From: Nitrososphaeraceae archaeon
GTDB taxonomy: Archaea; Thermoproteota; Nitrososphaeria; Nitrososphaerales; Nitrososphaeraceae
Direction of reading: 5' to 3'
DNA length: 24,000 nt
Assembly: GCA_021325295.1 (NCBI GenBank)
Contig: JAJPHM010000057.1
Coordinates: 10,896-34,895 of the forward strand
The position numbers and the translations under genes were made by a program. Below the pieces are notes generated by a model. That model ran no database searches. It saw only the letters and a program-made list of their open reading frames with translations, and was not told where the DNA came from. This document shows positions 1 through 8,589 of this stretch, one piece after another; position 1 is the stretch's first letter; each line of letters starts with the position of its first letter.

Positions 1-328
1 CTAGCGAGTCTATGACACTGTGGATATTCAGTCCCTCTTGGTTATCAAGAAGCGATAGCTTGGTCATGGGAACAAGAAGAGTTGCAGCGTGGATTGTTTC
101 GTGCAAAGAGTTTATTCTATCAATTGCTTCTTCCTGTCCTTCAGAACCTGAGCTGTCGTCACTGTCTGCGTTTGGCCCGACCAGGTCTCTGTAGTCTGGG
201 AAAAAATAACCTGCCAGTTTTTTGTTGCTGTCGTATATTTTGTACAGCTCGTTATAGTACTCTGCCTTCCAGCCTGATTTTCTCTTTGCATCGCGACCAA
301 ACAATTTGACGCTATACAGGCCAGACAA
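1..328 (-). CDS. Hypothetical protein, 5' part only (ORF runs off the left edge of the window)
   Basis: Absent from the supplied ORF track because it has no stop inside the window. My translation of the minus strand is stop-free from the TGA at 362-364 down to position 1. It reads ...LSGLYSVKLFGRDAKRKSGWKAEYYNELYKIYDSNKKLAGYFFPDYRDLVGPNADSDDSSGSEGQEEAIDRINSLHETIHAATLLVPMTKLSLLDNQEGLNIHSVIDSL, which is more protein-like than the overlapping listed ORF 112..372. There is no in-frame ATG near the 5' end. TTG at 328 or 304 are candidate starts, so the start is uncertain. Confidence 0.45.
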   Translation of the reverse strand, partial: MSGLYSVKLFGRDAKRKSGWKAEYYNELYKIYDSNKKLAGYFFPDYRDLVGPNADSDDSSGSEGQEEAIDRINSLHETIHAATLLVPMTKLSLLDNQEGLNIHSVIDSL

Positions 329-585
329 GCAATATTTGCCTGTCGGAAGCTCATTGTCTTTTCAAGATGCAAGCTAAATAGTTTGGCTTGGAATGGCTAG
401 CGAACTGATAAAGGATGGATGTTTAACTTAGCTTAGGTATGGTAGGGTATGTGGCATCATCTTATCTTGCCTTGTTTCATTTTCTTCATTCTGTTTTAAT
501 AGAGTAGTAGCAGTAGTTATCAGGTCGGGCCGTGTTACAAATGCCACTGATGTAATGGTTACTTGCTGATTTATTCTGACTCACT

Positions 586-1599
586 CTAATCAGAGCCGGT
601 TCCGTCTCCGAATATGAGTTTCATTTCGTCAAACGTCAGCTTCTCTCCGCTTGACATCTTCTTCAATGCAGCTTCTTTCAGAGTATTCCATCGGTCCTGA
701 TACTCTTTGTCACGCTTGGCTTTTTCCTGCATTGCTTCATGTCTTGCTATGCGCCTCTCTTCGCTTTCTTTTTGACGCCTTTGCCTGTGCTCTGCGGCCT
801 GCATGCGTGATTTTTTAAATTCTATTGCATTGAGCTGGGTTTCAACCATTTCGAGTTTAGCCCTAGATTCTCTTGAAATCCTTATCATTTTCCTTCTCTC
901 TTCATAAAGGCTCTCCCTCGAATTCAAAAGCTCATCCAAGCTTTCCTTGAGCCGGCCTATCTTGCTTCCAAGCTCTTCCTTCTTTTTGAAAAGAGACCTT
1001 ACCTTTTCTTTCAATCCATCGTACTGGCTCGAGATAACGCGGTACCTGTCTTCCTTTTTATTTATGACTTTAAGGGCATGCAATTTCGTTGCAATCTCCT
1101 TTGACTTTGCAACCAACTTGCGTTCCTCTTCCTTTGACAATTTCTTGATCTGCAAATCACGCTCTATCTGCTCAAGCGTCCGAGTAAGATTGTCCATGTC
1201 GTAACGCTCTTTGCGTGACTTTAGCGCAGCAGCCGGACCAATCTTTTCATCTATGGTCTTCATCTGGTTCTTGGCCTCGATGAGGCTGTTTTTGAGCTCC
1301 AGAAACCTTGGGTGTTCAATATCTTTCTCTTGGTTCACCTGCTTTAGCTTGGCACGCAGGTCGTCAAGTTGTGCTCTCTCTTCGTCTATCTGCTTTTTTA
1401 TGGAATCAAGCTTGTTGTTTATCTCTGTGATCCGTTGTTCGGCAGATTTTTGCTCGGCTACAAGCGATTTTTTGAACTCTTGCAGGATTTTTACGTTAGA
1501 ATCCGGCGAATTCTGCACGTTTGTTCCAGAAGAGTCATCCTTTGCTGCCGTAGTAGCCACCGCGCCGCTACCAGACTCGCTGTGCTGTTCTCGTACCAC
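586..1599 (-). CDS. Long coiled-coil protein (resembles the archaeal COG1340-type uncharacterised coiled-coil family)
   Basis: 337-aa ORF with a GTG start. It is extremely rich in K/E/R/L with heptad-like runs (EINNKLDSIKKQIDEERAQLDDLRAKLKQVNQEKD...) and a low-complexity N-terminus. A TATA-like AAAATATATC lies about 35 nt upstream on the minus strand. The family assignment is from memory of composition and architecture only. Confidence 0.5.
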   Translation of the reverse strand: MVREQHSESGSGAVATTAAKDDSSGTNVQNSPDSNVKILQEFKKSLVAEQKSAEQRITEINNKLDSIKKQIDEERAQLDDLRAKLKQVNQEKDIEHPRFLELKNSLIEAKNQMKTIDEKIGPAAALKSRKERYDMDNLTRTLEQIERDLQIKKLSKEEERKLVAKSKEIATKLHALKVINKKEDRYRVISSQYDGLKEKVRSLFKKKEELGSKIGRLKESLDELLNSRESLYEERRKMIRISRESRAKLEMVETQLNAIEFKKSRMQAAEHRQRRQKESEERRIARHEAMQEKAKRDKEYQDRWNTLKEAALKKMSSGEKLTFDEMKLIFGDGTGSD

Positions 1600-1739
1600 G
1601 TCGCTTACGGGATGTTAGAATATCAAAGATATATTTTTTGTCATTCTTCGGAAATTTTTAGCCAAGCTAGATACCAGTTCGCAGCAAAATCTACACACAT
1701 CTTTATAAACAGCGTTGTGGTACTATCTGCGAAACTCGG

Positions 1740-2135
1740 ATGGATGACTTTGAAAAGGACTTCCCTGACTTTGACTGGAAGAACGTTCCCGCCTACAAGC
1801 ATCCAGGTGGCAAGGATTGTCCATGCCCAAAACACGAATACATAAGAGAGCAGATTAACATAGCCAAGACAATAAGTGGCAATAACAATAAAATCGCACC
1901 TGAGGCCAGGCAGAAAGCTCAGGTGACCCTCAAACTATGCCCTGACCACTATAATACCTATTTTGACGAGGTTATTCCTTCTATGCCACTCAAGTACAGG
2001 CTCATGACAAAAATCGCTCTCAAGGTAGGGGCAGTGGTTATACAAAAGATCACATACATGCAGTCAGAGCAGTGCTTTTACTGCAAGTTTGGATCTGGCG
2101 GCTTTGACAAAAAGACAGAGCTTCCGCCCATATAG
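1740..2135 (+). CDS. Hypothetical Cys/His-rich small protein (possible metal-binding)
   Basis: 131-aa ORF with an ATG start. TTTATAAA at 1702-1709 lies about 34 nt upstream. Cys/His pairs CPCPKH, CPDH and CFYC suggest a zinc-binding fold. No family recognised. Confidence 0.5.
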   Translation: MDDFEKDFPDFDWKNVPAYKHPGGKDCPCPKHEYIREQINIAKTISGNNNKIAPEARQKAQVTLKLCPDHYNTYFDEVIPSMPLKYRLMTKIALKVGAVVIQKITYMQSEQCFYCKFGSGGFDKKTELPPI

Positions 2136-2360
2136 GAAAAACAAAACGTTATTGCCAAGCCAAAGAGATAGCCGATACACGGATGGACTGATTCATTGTC
2201 CATCTGTCTGTCTTCCCCACATCTATGACCGCTTTCTGTTTCGGCAGATCTTGGAGGGCCATACTAGCAAGCAGTTTGCAATGGCAGAGTATCGTGTTCT
2301 TTATTGGTTGTCAGCCCAGATCGTTTGGTTGTATTTGGGGCTAAACCTCAAGCAACCACA

Positions 2361-3077
2361 TCATATTCTGCTACACCTACTCAGTGGTGCAGACTTTAAT
2401 GCCATGTTCCTTATCGCTTGAGCATGATCAGATGAAAATCCGATCGCAAGCATGTTGCGCAAAATGATAGAAAGGTACGGAAAGTCTTCTTGTGTTGTCT
2501 CACGGTAGCCGTCAAAAAAGGCTCGCTCAATCTTGGCATACTGTTGCAGGTCAATAGCACTGGCCAAGAAGGAGCCTACGTCCATGCTGCGGGGAAATAC
2601 TGAACGGGTCTTTTGAATAAAACCAAGATCTGTTCTGACGACAGAATTGTTATTGTCAACAAGATAGTTTTGCGCCTTGTTGTCTATGAAGGCATATCCT
2701 GCCATGTGGAGCTTTGCAGTGATATACCCTGCCTGAAAGGCAAGTGCGGGATCCTTTCCAGAAGAAAGTGCCCTGTACAGATCTCCATTTGGCACAAGCT
2801 CCTCGACAATGCTCGTATCTGAAATTGTTAAAAGCTTCGGGGTTGAGATTCCGATCTCTTCCAAGGCTCTTCGCATGACAAAACCTTCATTCCTGCGAAT
2901 CAATCCGCCCACCGCAGGCGGAGCTGATGGGTGCGCCACGAGAATTGAAATCATGGTATATGTTGCGGCAAGCAAGAATTCATGGACTGTCTTTGTCCTT
3001 TTATTCTGCTTGACGACTACCTTCCGCCCATCAACCTCCCTAATAGAGACCTCCCTTTGCCAGTTGATAAAATACAT
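2361..3077 (-). CDS. Atypical protein kinase-like fold protein (Bud32/RIO/Kdo-kinase-like)
   Basis: 238-aa ORF. It has an N-terminal beta-strand region with a candidate ATP-binding lysine (KVVVKQNK), a catalytic-loop-like FIDNKAQNYLV (D..K..N) and a DFG-like TDLGF. This is motif-level resemblance only. Confidence 0.4.
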   Translation of the reverse strand: MYFINWQREVSIREVDGRKVVVKQNKRTKTVHEFLLAATYTMISILVAHPSAPPAVGGLIRRNEGFVMRRALEEIGISTPKLLTISDTSIVEELVPNGDLYRALSSGKDPALAFQAGYITAKLHMAGYAFIDNKAQNYLVDNNNSVVRTDLGFIQKTRSVFPRSMDVGSFLASAIDLQQYAKIERAFFDGYRETTQEDFPYLSIILRNMLAIGFSSDHAQAIRNMALKSAPLSRCSRI

Positions 3078-3365
3078 TACCAGTAAAGCCCAAGATAGTT
3101 AGTATGCATAGAAGATAAGTAATTCGCTTACTGGTCCTTTCTATAGGTGCATTTTCTGTGCGGGATTGACTACTACTTGCGTATTTGTTATTGACAGAGA
3201 TTTAGAATAAGGCAACTGCTTGATTGAGCCAAGGCATCGGGAACGGTCATGCTCCGTCTCCAACGCCATTTTATGTTCTCTGCTTATTTCTTGCACAGCG
3301 ATACGAACATCAAAAGTAAGCTGATTGATTAGTGATAATCATTAATACGCAGCATTGACCTTATA

Positions 3366-4058
3366 TTGATTGTATTGTTGCAGGTTCACGATGGGCATCT
3401 ATTAGCAAAAAGGTTCTTCAATTCTGCAAACGCCTTGTCATATGATTCCATCGTAAAGTTGGCAACATTTGGTCAGGATTTTGTATGGAAAAAGAAGATA
3501 CTGGACATCGCCGGAAATCAAGGCTCTGTACTTGACCTTGCATGCGGAACAGGCATCCTTTCCTGCATGCTTGCGGCAAGATCTCGATCCATAACAGGCA
3601 TAGATCTTACAATCGATTACCTGAGGTTGGCCAAGAAGAAAAAGTCAGACCTTTTTCTTGCAAACGGAACGGCTGAACTTTTGCCTTACAGGAGCGGATG
3701 TTTTGATGCAGTGGTGTCATCCTATCTTGCAAAATACATCGACACTGGAATGGTAGTCCAGGAGTGCTGGCGTGTTCTCAGACCAAATGGTGTTGTGGTC
3801 TTTCACGATTTTACATATCCGTGCGGAATTGTGGGATCGATGTGGAGGATATACTTTTACATTCTCAAGCTGGCAGGTACCTTTGTCAGATCATGGCAAG
3901 CTGTATTTGATGGCTTGGATAAGCTGGTGCTCAGAACGCAGTGGGTCAAGCAGACCATTTCGGCTCTCAAATCCGCAGGCTTTGAGAATATAAAACACAC
4001 CAGCCTGACTGGTGGGACTTCAGCTATTGTTTCTGCAGTCAAACCTAGCAGGTCATAA
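3366..4058 (+). CDS. Class I SAM-dependent methyltransferase, UbiE/MenG (COQ5)-like
   Basis: 230-aa ORF with a TTG start. SAM motif I is VLDLACGTGILS. The N-terminal pattern FFNSANALSYDSIVKLATFGQDFVWKKKILD resembles the UbiE/MenG signature (F..A..YD....S.G....WR). Motif post-I is GIDL. Candidate starts are TTG at 3366, 3375 or 3378. Confidence 0.6.
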   Translation: MIVLLQVHDGHLLAKRFFNSANALSYDSIVKLATFGQDFVWKKKILDIAGNQGSVLDLACGTGILSCMLAARSRSITGIDLTIDYLRLAKKKKSDLFLANGTAELLPYRSGCFDAVVSSYLAKYIDTGMVVQECWRVLRPNGVVVFHDFTYPCGIVGSMWRIYFYILKLAGTFVRSWQAVFDGLDKLVLRTQWVKQTISALKSAGFENIKHTSLTGGTSAIVSAVKPSRS

Positions 4059-4064
4059 CATGTC

Positions 4065-4778
4065 ATGGACAAGGACACACGTCTAAATGAGTGGTTTGTT
4101 CCAAAGTTTGGGCCTACCGGCTTTCGAGTATTTGTTGGTCTGCTTTTTCTACCGTACACAGGGATGTGTATTTCCTTTGCTCTGATAGGCTCATTGCTGG
4201 CACCGCAGATAGCATGGGATAGAGCTGCAGCCATTGTCGTAATATATGCACTTGGACTGGGGGTATCTGCCCATGCAGCAGACAGCATTGGCTCAAAGAA
4301 AATCAAGCCATGGGGGAGCTACTTTAGAAAAGATCAGCTTGTCCTCTTGATGTCTGTCTCATTAGCTGCAGCCTATGCACTGGGGGCGTACTACATCATT
4401 TTCCATACGCCATCTCTATTGGTAATTGCTATAATGGAAGGTTTTTTTCTTTTTGCATACAATTTCGAGATATTTGATGGTCTTTTCCATAATAACTTCT
4501 GGTTTGCCTTCTCGTGGGGAGCGCTTCCTTTACTGGCAGGATTTGTTATCCAGACAAATTCTGTCGCTCTTGTGCCTGTTGTCGCCGCTGTCGCCGCTGG
4601 CGCTGTCAGCTATGCAGAGATAAAGATGTCAAGACCATACAAAGACCTGAAGCGCAGTGGCCACGGAGGGCCGCAGGTGCAAGCTCTTGAAATGGGGTTG
4701 AAGGTTACAAGTATTGGTACTATTGTATGTGCTCTGGCATTGCTTGTGTTTAGGATAGCATTTGGTTGGGCTTATTAG
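4065..4778 (+). CDS. Polytopic integral membrane protein, function unknown
   Basis: 237-aa ORF starting 6 nt after the methyltransferase stop. By eye there are at least 6-7 hydrophobic segments (FRVFVGLLFLPYTGMCISFALIGSLL, AAAIVVIYALGLGV, LVLLMSVSLAAAYALGAYYII, LLVIAIMEGFFLFAY, FWFAFSWGALPLLAGFVI, VALVPVVAAVAAGAV, IGTIVCALALLVFRIAF). Confidence 0.6.
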   Translation: MDKDTRLNEWFVPKFGPTGFRVFVGLLFLPYTGMCISFALIGSLLAPQIAWDRAAAIVVIYALGLGVSAHAADSIGSKKIKPWGSYFRKDQLVLLMSVSLAAAYALGAYYIIFHTPSLLVIAIMEGFFLFAYNFEIFDGLFHNNFWFAFSWGALPLLAGFVIQTNSVALVPVVAAVAAGAVSYAEIKMSRPYKDLKRSGHGGPQVQALEMGLKVTSIGTIVCALALLVFRIAFGWAY

Positions 4779-4804
4779 ACAACCTGTTGAATATATCACC
4801 ATAA

Positions 4805-5287
4805 ATGAATCCTCCACAGGCAGACTTTGGCAGCCATATGCTCCAAAAGATATCTGAGCTTGAAAAAAAATCGGCAGTACGGCTTGGCCTTGCTGAAAAG
4901 ATACTGCTGGCAGAAACAGGGACAGTTGAGCAGATTCTCAGTATACTGACAGAATCGGAGACAAGGGTCACTGTCAAAAGACAGCTGGAATCTGACGGTA
5001 TAATAATAAGAGAATCATGGATAACAAACAAAAAAACCGGCTCGAAACTTATAGCTGCCAGGTCAAAGATTTTTCCGCAAAACCTGCCTAGGAAGGCAGT
5101 TGATGAAGTAAGGAGAATGGAAAAGGGCATAGGCAGCATAATTTTTGATTTGCGGATGGAAACATTCAGGGAAATTCTGAAAATTGGTTACAACTCAAAA
5201 GCCAAGTATTTTTTTAGAATCTATCGCATACTCTACAGGGGCAAGGTTGCGTTTGAAATAAGAGAAGAGATATCAAAGATCAGGTAA
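4805..5287 (+). CDS. Chorismate pyruvate-lyase-like (DUF98 / UTRA-fold) protein
   Basis: 160-aa ORF starting 26 nt after the membrane protein gene. The pattern TGTVEQILSIL...VTVKRQ...IAARSKIFPQNLP...GIGSIIFDLRMETFREI follows the DUF98/chorismate-lyase layout (T.GSVT..LE ... yA.S.i....lp ... PIG.il....e.rRei) as I remember it. Confidence 0.5.
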   Translation: MNPPQADFGSHMLQKISELEKKSAVRLGLAEKILLAETGTVEQILSILTESETRVTVKRQLESDGIIIRESWITNKKTGSKLIAARSKIFPQNLPRKAVDEVRRMEKGIGSIIFDLRMETFREILKIGYNSKAKYFFRIYRILYRGKVAFEIREEISKIR

Positions 5288-5518
5288 CATTACAAATTTG
5301 CTGGGTAGCCGTGGTTGCTTGATCTTTAATTCATTGTCCTCTGATAGGTGAAAAACGCATATCATAATGTGATTTGCAGATCTTTTACCTCACATCGTTT
5401 CATTTCATATCATATTCAGGACAAAGTAGCTGTTGCTGTAGCAAACAAGGTGAACCTGCTGTTCAACCGAATCATTTCTTACTTTCATGTTCTTCTCGCG
5501 ACTCGAGAATACAATGAG

Positions 5519-5592
5519 TGGACCGGGTGGGATTCGAACCCACGACCTCAGCAATGCCAATGCCGTATCCTACCGGACTAGACGACCGGCCC
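5519..5592 (-). tRNA. tRNA-Ala (anticodon GGC)
   Basis: The minus strand reads GGGCCGGTCGTCTAGTCCGGTAGGATACGGCATTGGCATTGCTGAGGTCGTGGGTTCGAATCCCACCCGGTCCA. The acceptor stem is GGGCCGG/CCGGTCC with the G3:U70 alanine identity pair. The anticodon arm is CGGCA-TTGGCAT-TGCTG (U33, GGC, A37). The T arm is GTGGG-TTCGAAT-CCCAC and the discriminator is A. No CCA is encoded and no intron is present. Confidence 0.9.
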
Positions 5593-5798
5593 TTGTCGAT
5601 TAGCATTTCTGCTTTATTACACGATATTAATATGTTAAGCATTAGATTGGATTGAATTAGATTAGGTGTACCTGCATCCTGATCTGTTTCTTGCCTTTCT
5701 TTTCCATTCTTGCGTAGCTGGCTGAACTTTCGATTCCCTTTTGCGATCTACGATAACAATATTAATTGTATAATGTTCTTGAATGTTGGTAGTAACAG

Positions 5799-6224
5799 GT
5801 GCCCCTTGAACAGTCTGTCGGCGCAGTGATAAAATACCATGCACCTTCTGCGGAAAGCGAGCTCTCTGAATTCCTCCTTCTGAGAAACAGAAGGGGTTTC
5901 TGGGGATTCCCACAGGGCCACAGAGAAAAAGGCGAAAGCGAGATTCAAACTCTACTTAGAGAAGTATCTGAGGAAACCGGCATAACTGCGCTTGACATCC
6001 AGTCATTTATCGGAGAGATCAGATATTCATACTTTAAAGGCGACGGAATGAAATCTGAAAAAGAGGTAAGGTTCTATTTTGCTCTGACGCCGACAAGGGA
6101 GGTAAAAGTATCTGAGGAGCACGCCGACTTCAAATGGGTTACATTTTCAGATGCACTCCGCCTGCTTGACCATGTGCAGCTAAAATCAATCCTTACAAAG
6201 GGTCACAGAAAGGGCCTGTACTGA
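5799..6224 (+). CDS. NUDIX hydrolase (Ap4A/nucleoside-polyphosphate hydrolase-like)
   Basis: 141-aa ORF with a GTG start. It carries a complete Nudix box, G-HREKG-E-SEIQTLL-REVSEETGI (GX5EX7REUXEEXGU). A TATA-like TTGTATAATG is centred about 29 nt upstream of the GTG. Confidence 0.8.
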   Translation: MPLEQSVGAVIKYHAPSAESELSEFLLLRNRRGFWGFPQGHREKGESEIQTLLREVSEETGITALDIQSFIGEIRYSYFKGDGMKSEKEVRFYFALTPTREVKVSEEHADFKWVTFSDALRLLDHVQLKSILTKGHRKGLY

Positions 6225-6336
6225 GCAGGGCTTTCTTGGCGCCGCCCTGCAGCCAAGCCTCTTTAGTTCAGATGATTGCAAAAAAATACAACTTGTACTT
6301 TTGGCATTTCGATGGAAATGGATTTATATCTAATCT

Positions 6337-7941
6337 ATGGACGAATACCGGGATACAGATTCGAGCATGGTAGCTGGCAAGCGAATAGTGTTAACCGCCG
6401 ACCGTAGCCTTATGACAAATTACAGGGGAAATTTCCTTTATGGCTTTATTGCATGTGGGCCTTATGAGCTGGTTCCAGAGTTTGTATTTGACAAATTGTT
6501 CTGCCCTAGCGTCGAGACTGACAAAAATACTGGAGAAGTAAAAGTGGCGCAATGCGGCCTGAGAAGGATAGAGGCAGCTCTTTTAAAGGAATACAGAAGG
6601 GACGAGGTCTTTCTGGCTCACCCAGAAATGCTTGACAAGTGTGTTGGTCCTGACACCAAAGTGGTAGGGATCAATGTGATGGACCCTCTTGGCATGGCTC
6701 CTGTAACAACTACAATGTCTCCAGAAAAGCTATCTTATGTTGCCATGAAGTTCAAAAAGATGTGCGCCTCAGTGATTCAGCTTAAGAAAAAGTATAACTT
6801 TAAGGTCGTAATCGGAGGAAATGGCGCATGGGAGCTTGCCAAGCCAGACAGAATGAAGATCCACGGCATTGACACCGTGGTAATAGGCGAAGCAGACGAG
6901 CTTGCACTTGACCTTTTCCACGACCTTGAGGCTGGCGATGCTCCTGAACTTTTGCATACATTTGTCAGGAACATTGAAAATATACCCATGATGAAAGGCC
7001 CGACTGTCAACTCGCTGATTGAGGCAATGAGGGGATGTGGAAGGGGTTGCGACTTTTGCGATGTAAACAAGCGATCAAAGAAAGACTTTCCTCTTGAGAG
7101 GCTGCAAAAGGAAGCCAAGATAAACCTTGACTATGGCTTTGACTCTATATGGCTTCAATCTGACGAGATGCTCCTCTACGGCTGCGACAACAAGGACTTT
7201 GTTCCCAACGCAGACGCCATCACTGAACTATGGAGTGGCTTGAAATCCACAGGAGCCAGGTTTGTGGGCACAACTCACATGACCCTTTCAGCCGTTGCAT
7301 CTTCACCTGACCTTATTGAGAAACTCTCGCTGATAAATGAAATGAACACAACAGGCCAATGGCTTGCAACCAACCTTGGAGTAGAGACAGTTGCGCCCAG
7401 AATGGTCAAAAAGCACCTTGGCGTAAAGACAAAGCCATTCCAGCCTGAAGAATGGGGAACAGTTGTGAGGGAAGGCTGCAAGATACTGAACAAGAATCAC
7501 TGGTTCCCTGCACTTACCCTGATAATTGGCTGGCCAGACGAGACTCCTGACGAAACCCAGTATACAATAGACCTGATAGAAGATTTCAAGCAGACTGGCA
7601 TGAGGGGCCTTGTCGCACCGCTGCTATATCAGGACTTTTCCGAGAAAAACTCGATGCACTTTGGGAATCTAAATGAGGCGCAGTTTACGCTCTTTTGGCG
7701 CTGCTGGGAGCACAACCTGAGGGTGATAAACGACATTATCCCGATAATCATAAGGAACAAGACATACGGGCCGGCGATGAAGGTGTTTATGGCGGTACTT
7801 ATCAAGGCCGGCACCTGGGCCATCATGAGATACTTGCGTGGCCTGTCAAAAGAACTGTTCAACGGCCAGTTGCCAGAAGATATCGTGGAGCGGTATTCGA
7901 GGAAAAAATCCGTGACTGCACCGATGCCGTCCAGATCCTGA
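6337..7941 (+). CDS. Radical SAM enzyme with N-terminal Rossmann/B12-binding-like domain
   Basis: 534-aa ORF. The CX3CX2C cluster motif CGRGCDFC lies at about 7030-7065. The N-terminal region (KRIVLTADRSLMTNYRG..., VVGINVMDPLG, FKVVIGGNGAWEL) resembles the cobalamin-binding-like domain of class-B-type radical SAM proteins. The start could alternatively be the Met at 6367 (MVAGKRIVL). Confidence 0.7.
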   Translation: MDEYRDTDSSMVAGKRIVLTADRSLMTNYRGNFLYGFIACGPYELVPEFVFDKLFCPSVETDKNTGEVKVAQCGLRRIEAALLKEYRRDEVFLAHPEMLDKCVGPDTKVVGINVMDPLGMAPVTTTMSPEKLSYVAMKFKKMCASVIQLKKKYNFKVVIGGNGAWELAKPDRMKIHGIDTVVIGEADELALDLFHDLEAGDAPELLHTFVRNIENIPMMKGPTVNSLIEAMRGCGRGCDFCDVNKRSKKDFPLERLQKEAKINLDYGFDSIWLQSDEMLLYGCDNKDFVPNADAITELWSGLKSTGARFVGTTHMTLSAVASSPDLIEKLSLINEMNTTGQWLATNLGVETVAPRMVKKHLGVKTKPFQPEEWGTVVREGCKILNKNHWFPALTLIIGWPDETPDETQYTIDLIEDFKQTGMRGLVAPLLYQDFSEKNSMHFGNLNEAQFTLFWRCWEHNLRVINDIIPIIIRNKTYGPAMKVFMAVLIKAGTWAIMRYLRGLSKELFNGQLPEDIVERYSRKKSVTAPMPSRS

Positions 7942-7964
7942 CCCTGATTCAGATAAGCCGCACA

Positions 7965-7995
7965 GGCCTTTTTTTGCTTTTACTTTAATTTTTGT
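7965..7995 (+). terminator. Oligo-T tracts downstream of the radical SAM gene (putative archaeal terminator)
   Basis: A T7 run at 7969-7975 is followed by CTTTTAC and AATTTTTG, all within 55 nt of the stop codon at 7939-7941. Confidence 0.35.
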
Positions 7996-8066
7996 TCAGT
8001 AACGCTGATCTTTGTATCTGCTACCAGCTGTAAAGCTGGGTGCTTACAGCCATCACTACTGGTTAT

Positions 8067-8420
8067 CTACTGCTGTCTGCTCTTTGACTCTAGTTTTTCT
8101 ATAGCATCGTCTGCAAGGGTTGCGACCTTTGGAGTCAGGATTATGAAATAATTTCTATCAGCCCGTTCAACTGCGGTAACGGGCTTGTATTTTTTTGTAG
8201 ATATATCAAACTCAACCAGACCAGGTTCAATTGTTCCCTTTGCATATATCATCATCAAAATGTCCCCTGAAAGCGGCGTTAGTGGAACAATAGAAAAGAT
8301 GTACCCTCTGTATGAACTTACAGGTAGAACCTGTTTCATGTAAGGGGCGACAGATACAAGGTAGAGAAAAACATCCTCTATCGTCTTGAATTCTTCAAAC
8401 TCATACTTCATTAGGTTCAT
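8067..8420 (-). CDS. Hypothetical protein
   Basis: 117-aa ORF with an ATG start and normal-looking mixed composition. No motif recognised. Confidence 0.45.
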   Translation of the reverse strand: MNLMKYEFEEFKTIEDVFLYLVSVAPYMKQVLPVSSYRGYIFSIVPLTPLSGDILMMIYAKGTIEPGLVEFDISTKKYKPVTAVERADRNYFIILTPKVATLADDAIEKLESKSRQQ

Positions 8421-8589
8421 CCTGATTCTACGAAAATATAAGGCTTTAAGTCAATGCGGGTCGGGTCTGCATCTAAACTCTAGGTGGGATGACTGGTGGA
8501 TAGCAGGAAAAAAGGTGAAGGTTCTGCATCAGACGTTGCTACCCTGCGCACCAGTGCTCTAGATCCTGCTAATTGATCTATTGGTCTTT

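Noticed and set aside
2179-2207. A 10-bp hairpin, ACGGATGGAC-(9 nt)-GTCCATCTGT, in the convergent spacer between the 1740..2135 and 2361..3077 genes. A second 7-bp hairpin, GCAGGGC…GCCCTGC, lies at 6225..6250 right after the NUDIX stop.
   Set aside because: These are isolated short stems in 3' intergenic regions with no flanking conservation I can assess. They are most simply incidental or minor 3'-end structures. Archaeal termination mainly uses oligo-T tracts.
2089-2421. 110-aa plus-strand ORF spanning the convergent intergenic region and overlapping both neighbours.
   Set aside because: It overlaps the 3' ends of two better-supported genes, has odd composition, and has no promoter-like element. 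It is probably spurious.
4065-4778. Calling the membrane protein a UbiA/MenA-type prenyltransferase because of its neighbours.
   Set aside because: I cannot find the two Asp-rich motifs (NxxxDxxxD and DxxxD) that define UbiA-family enzymes. The only comparable stretch is HAADSIGSKK. It is kept as an unknown membrane protein.
5348-5581. 77-aa ORF on the plus strand.
   Set aside because: Its 3' third is the reverse complement of the tRNA-Ala gene (…EWTGWDSNPRPQQ… is the T-arm and acceptor translated). The rest is AT-rich intergenic sequence.
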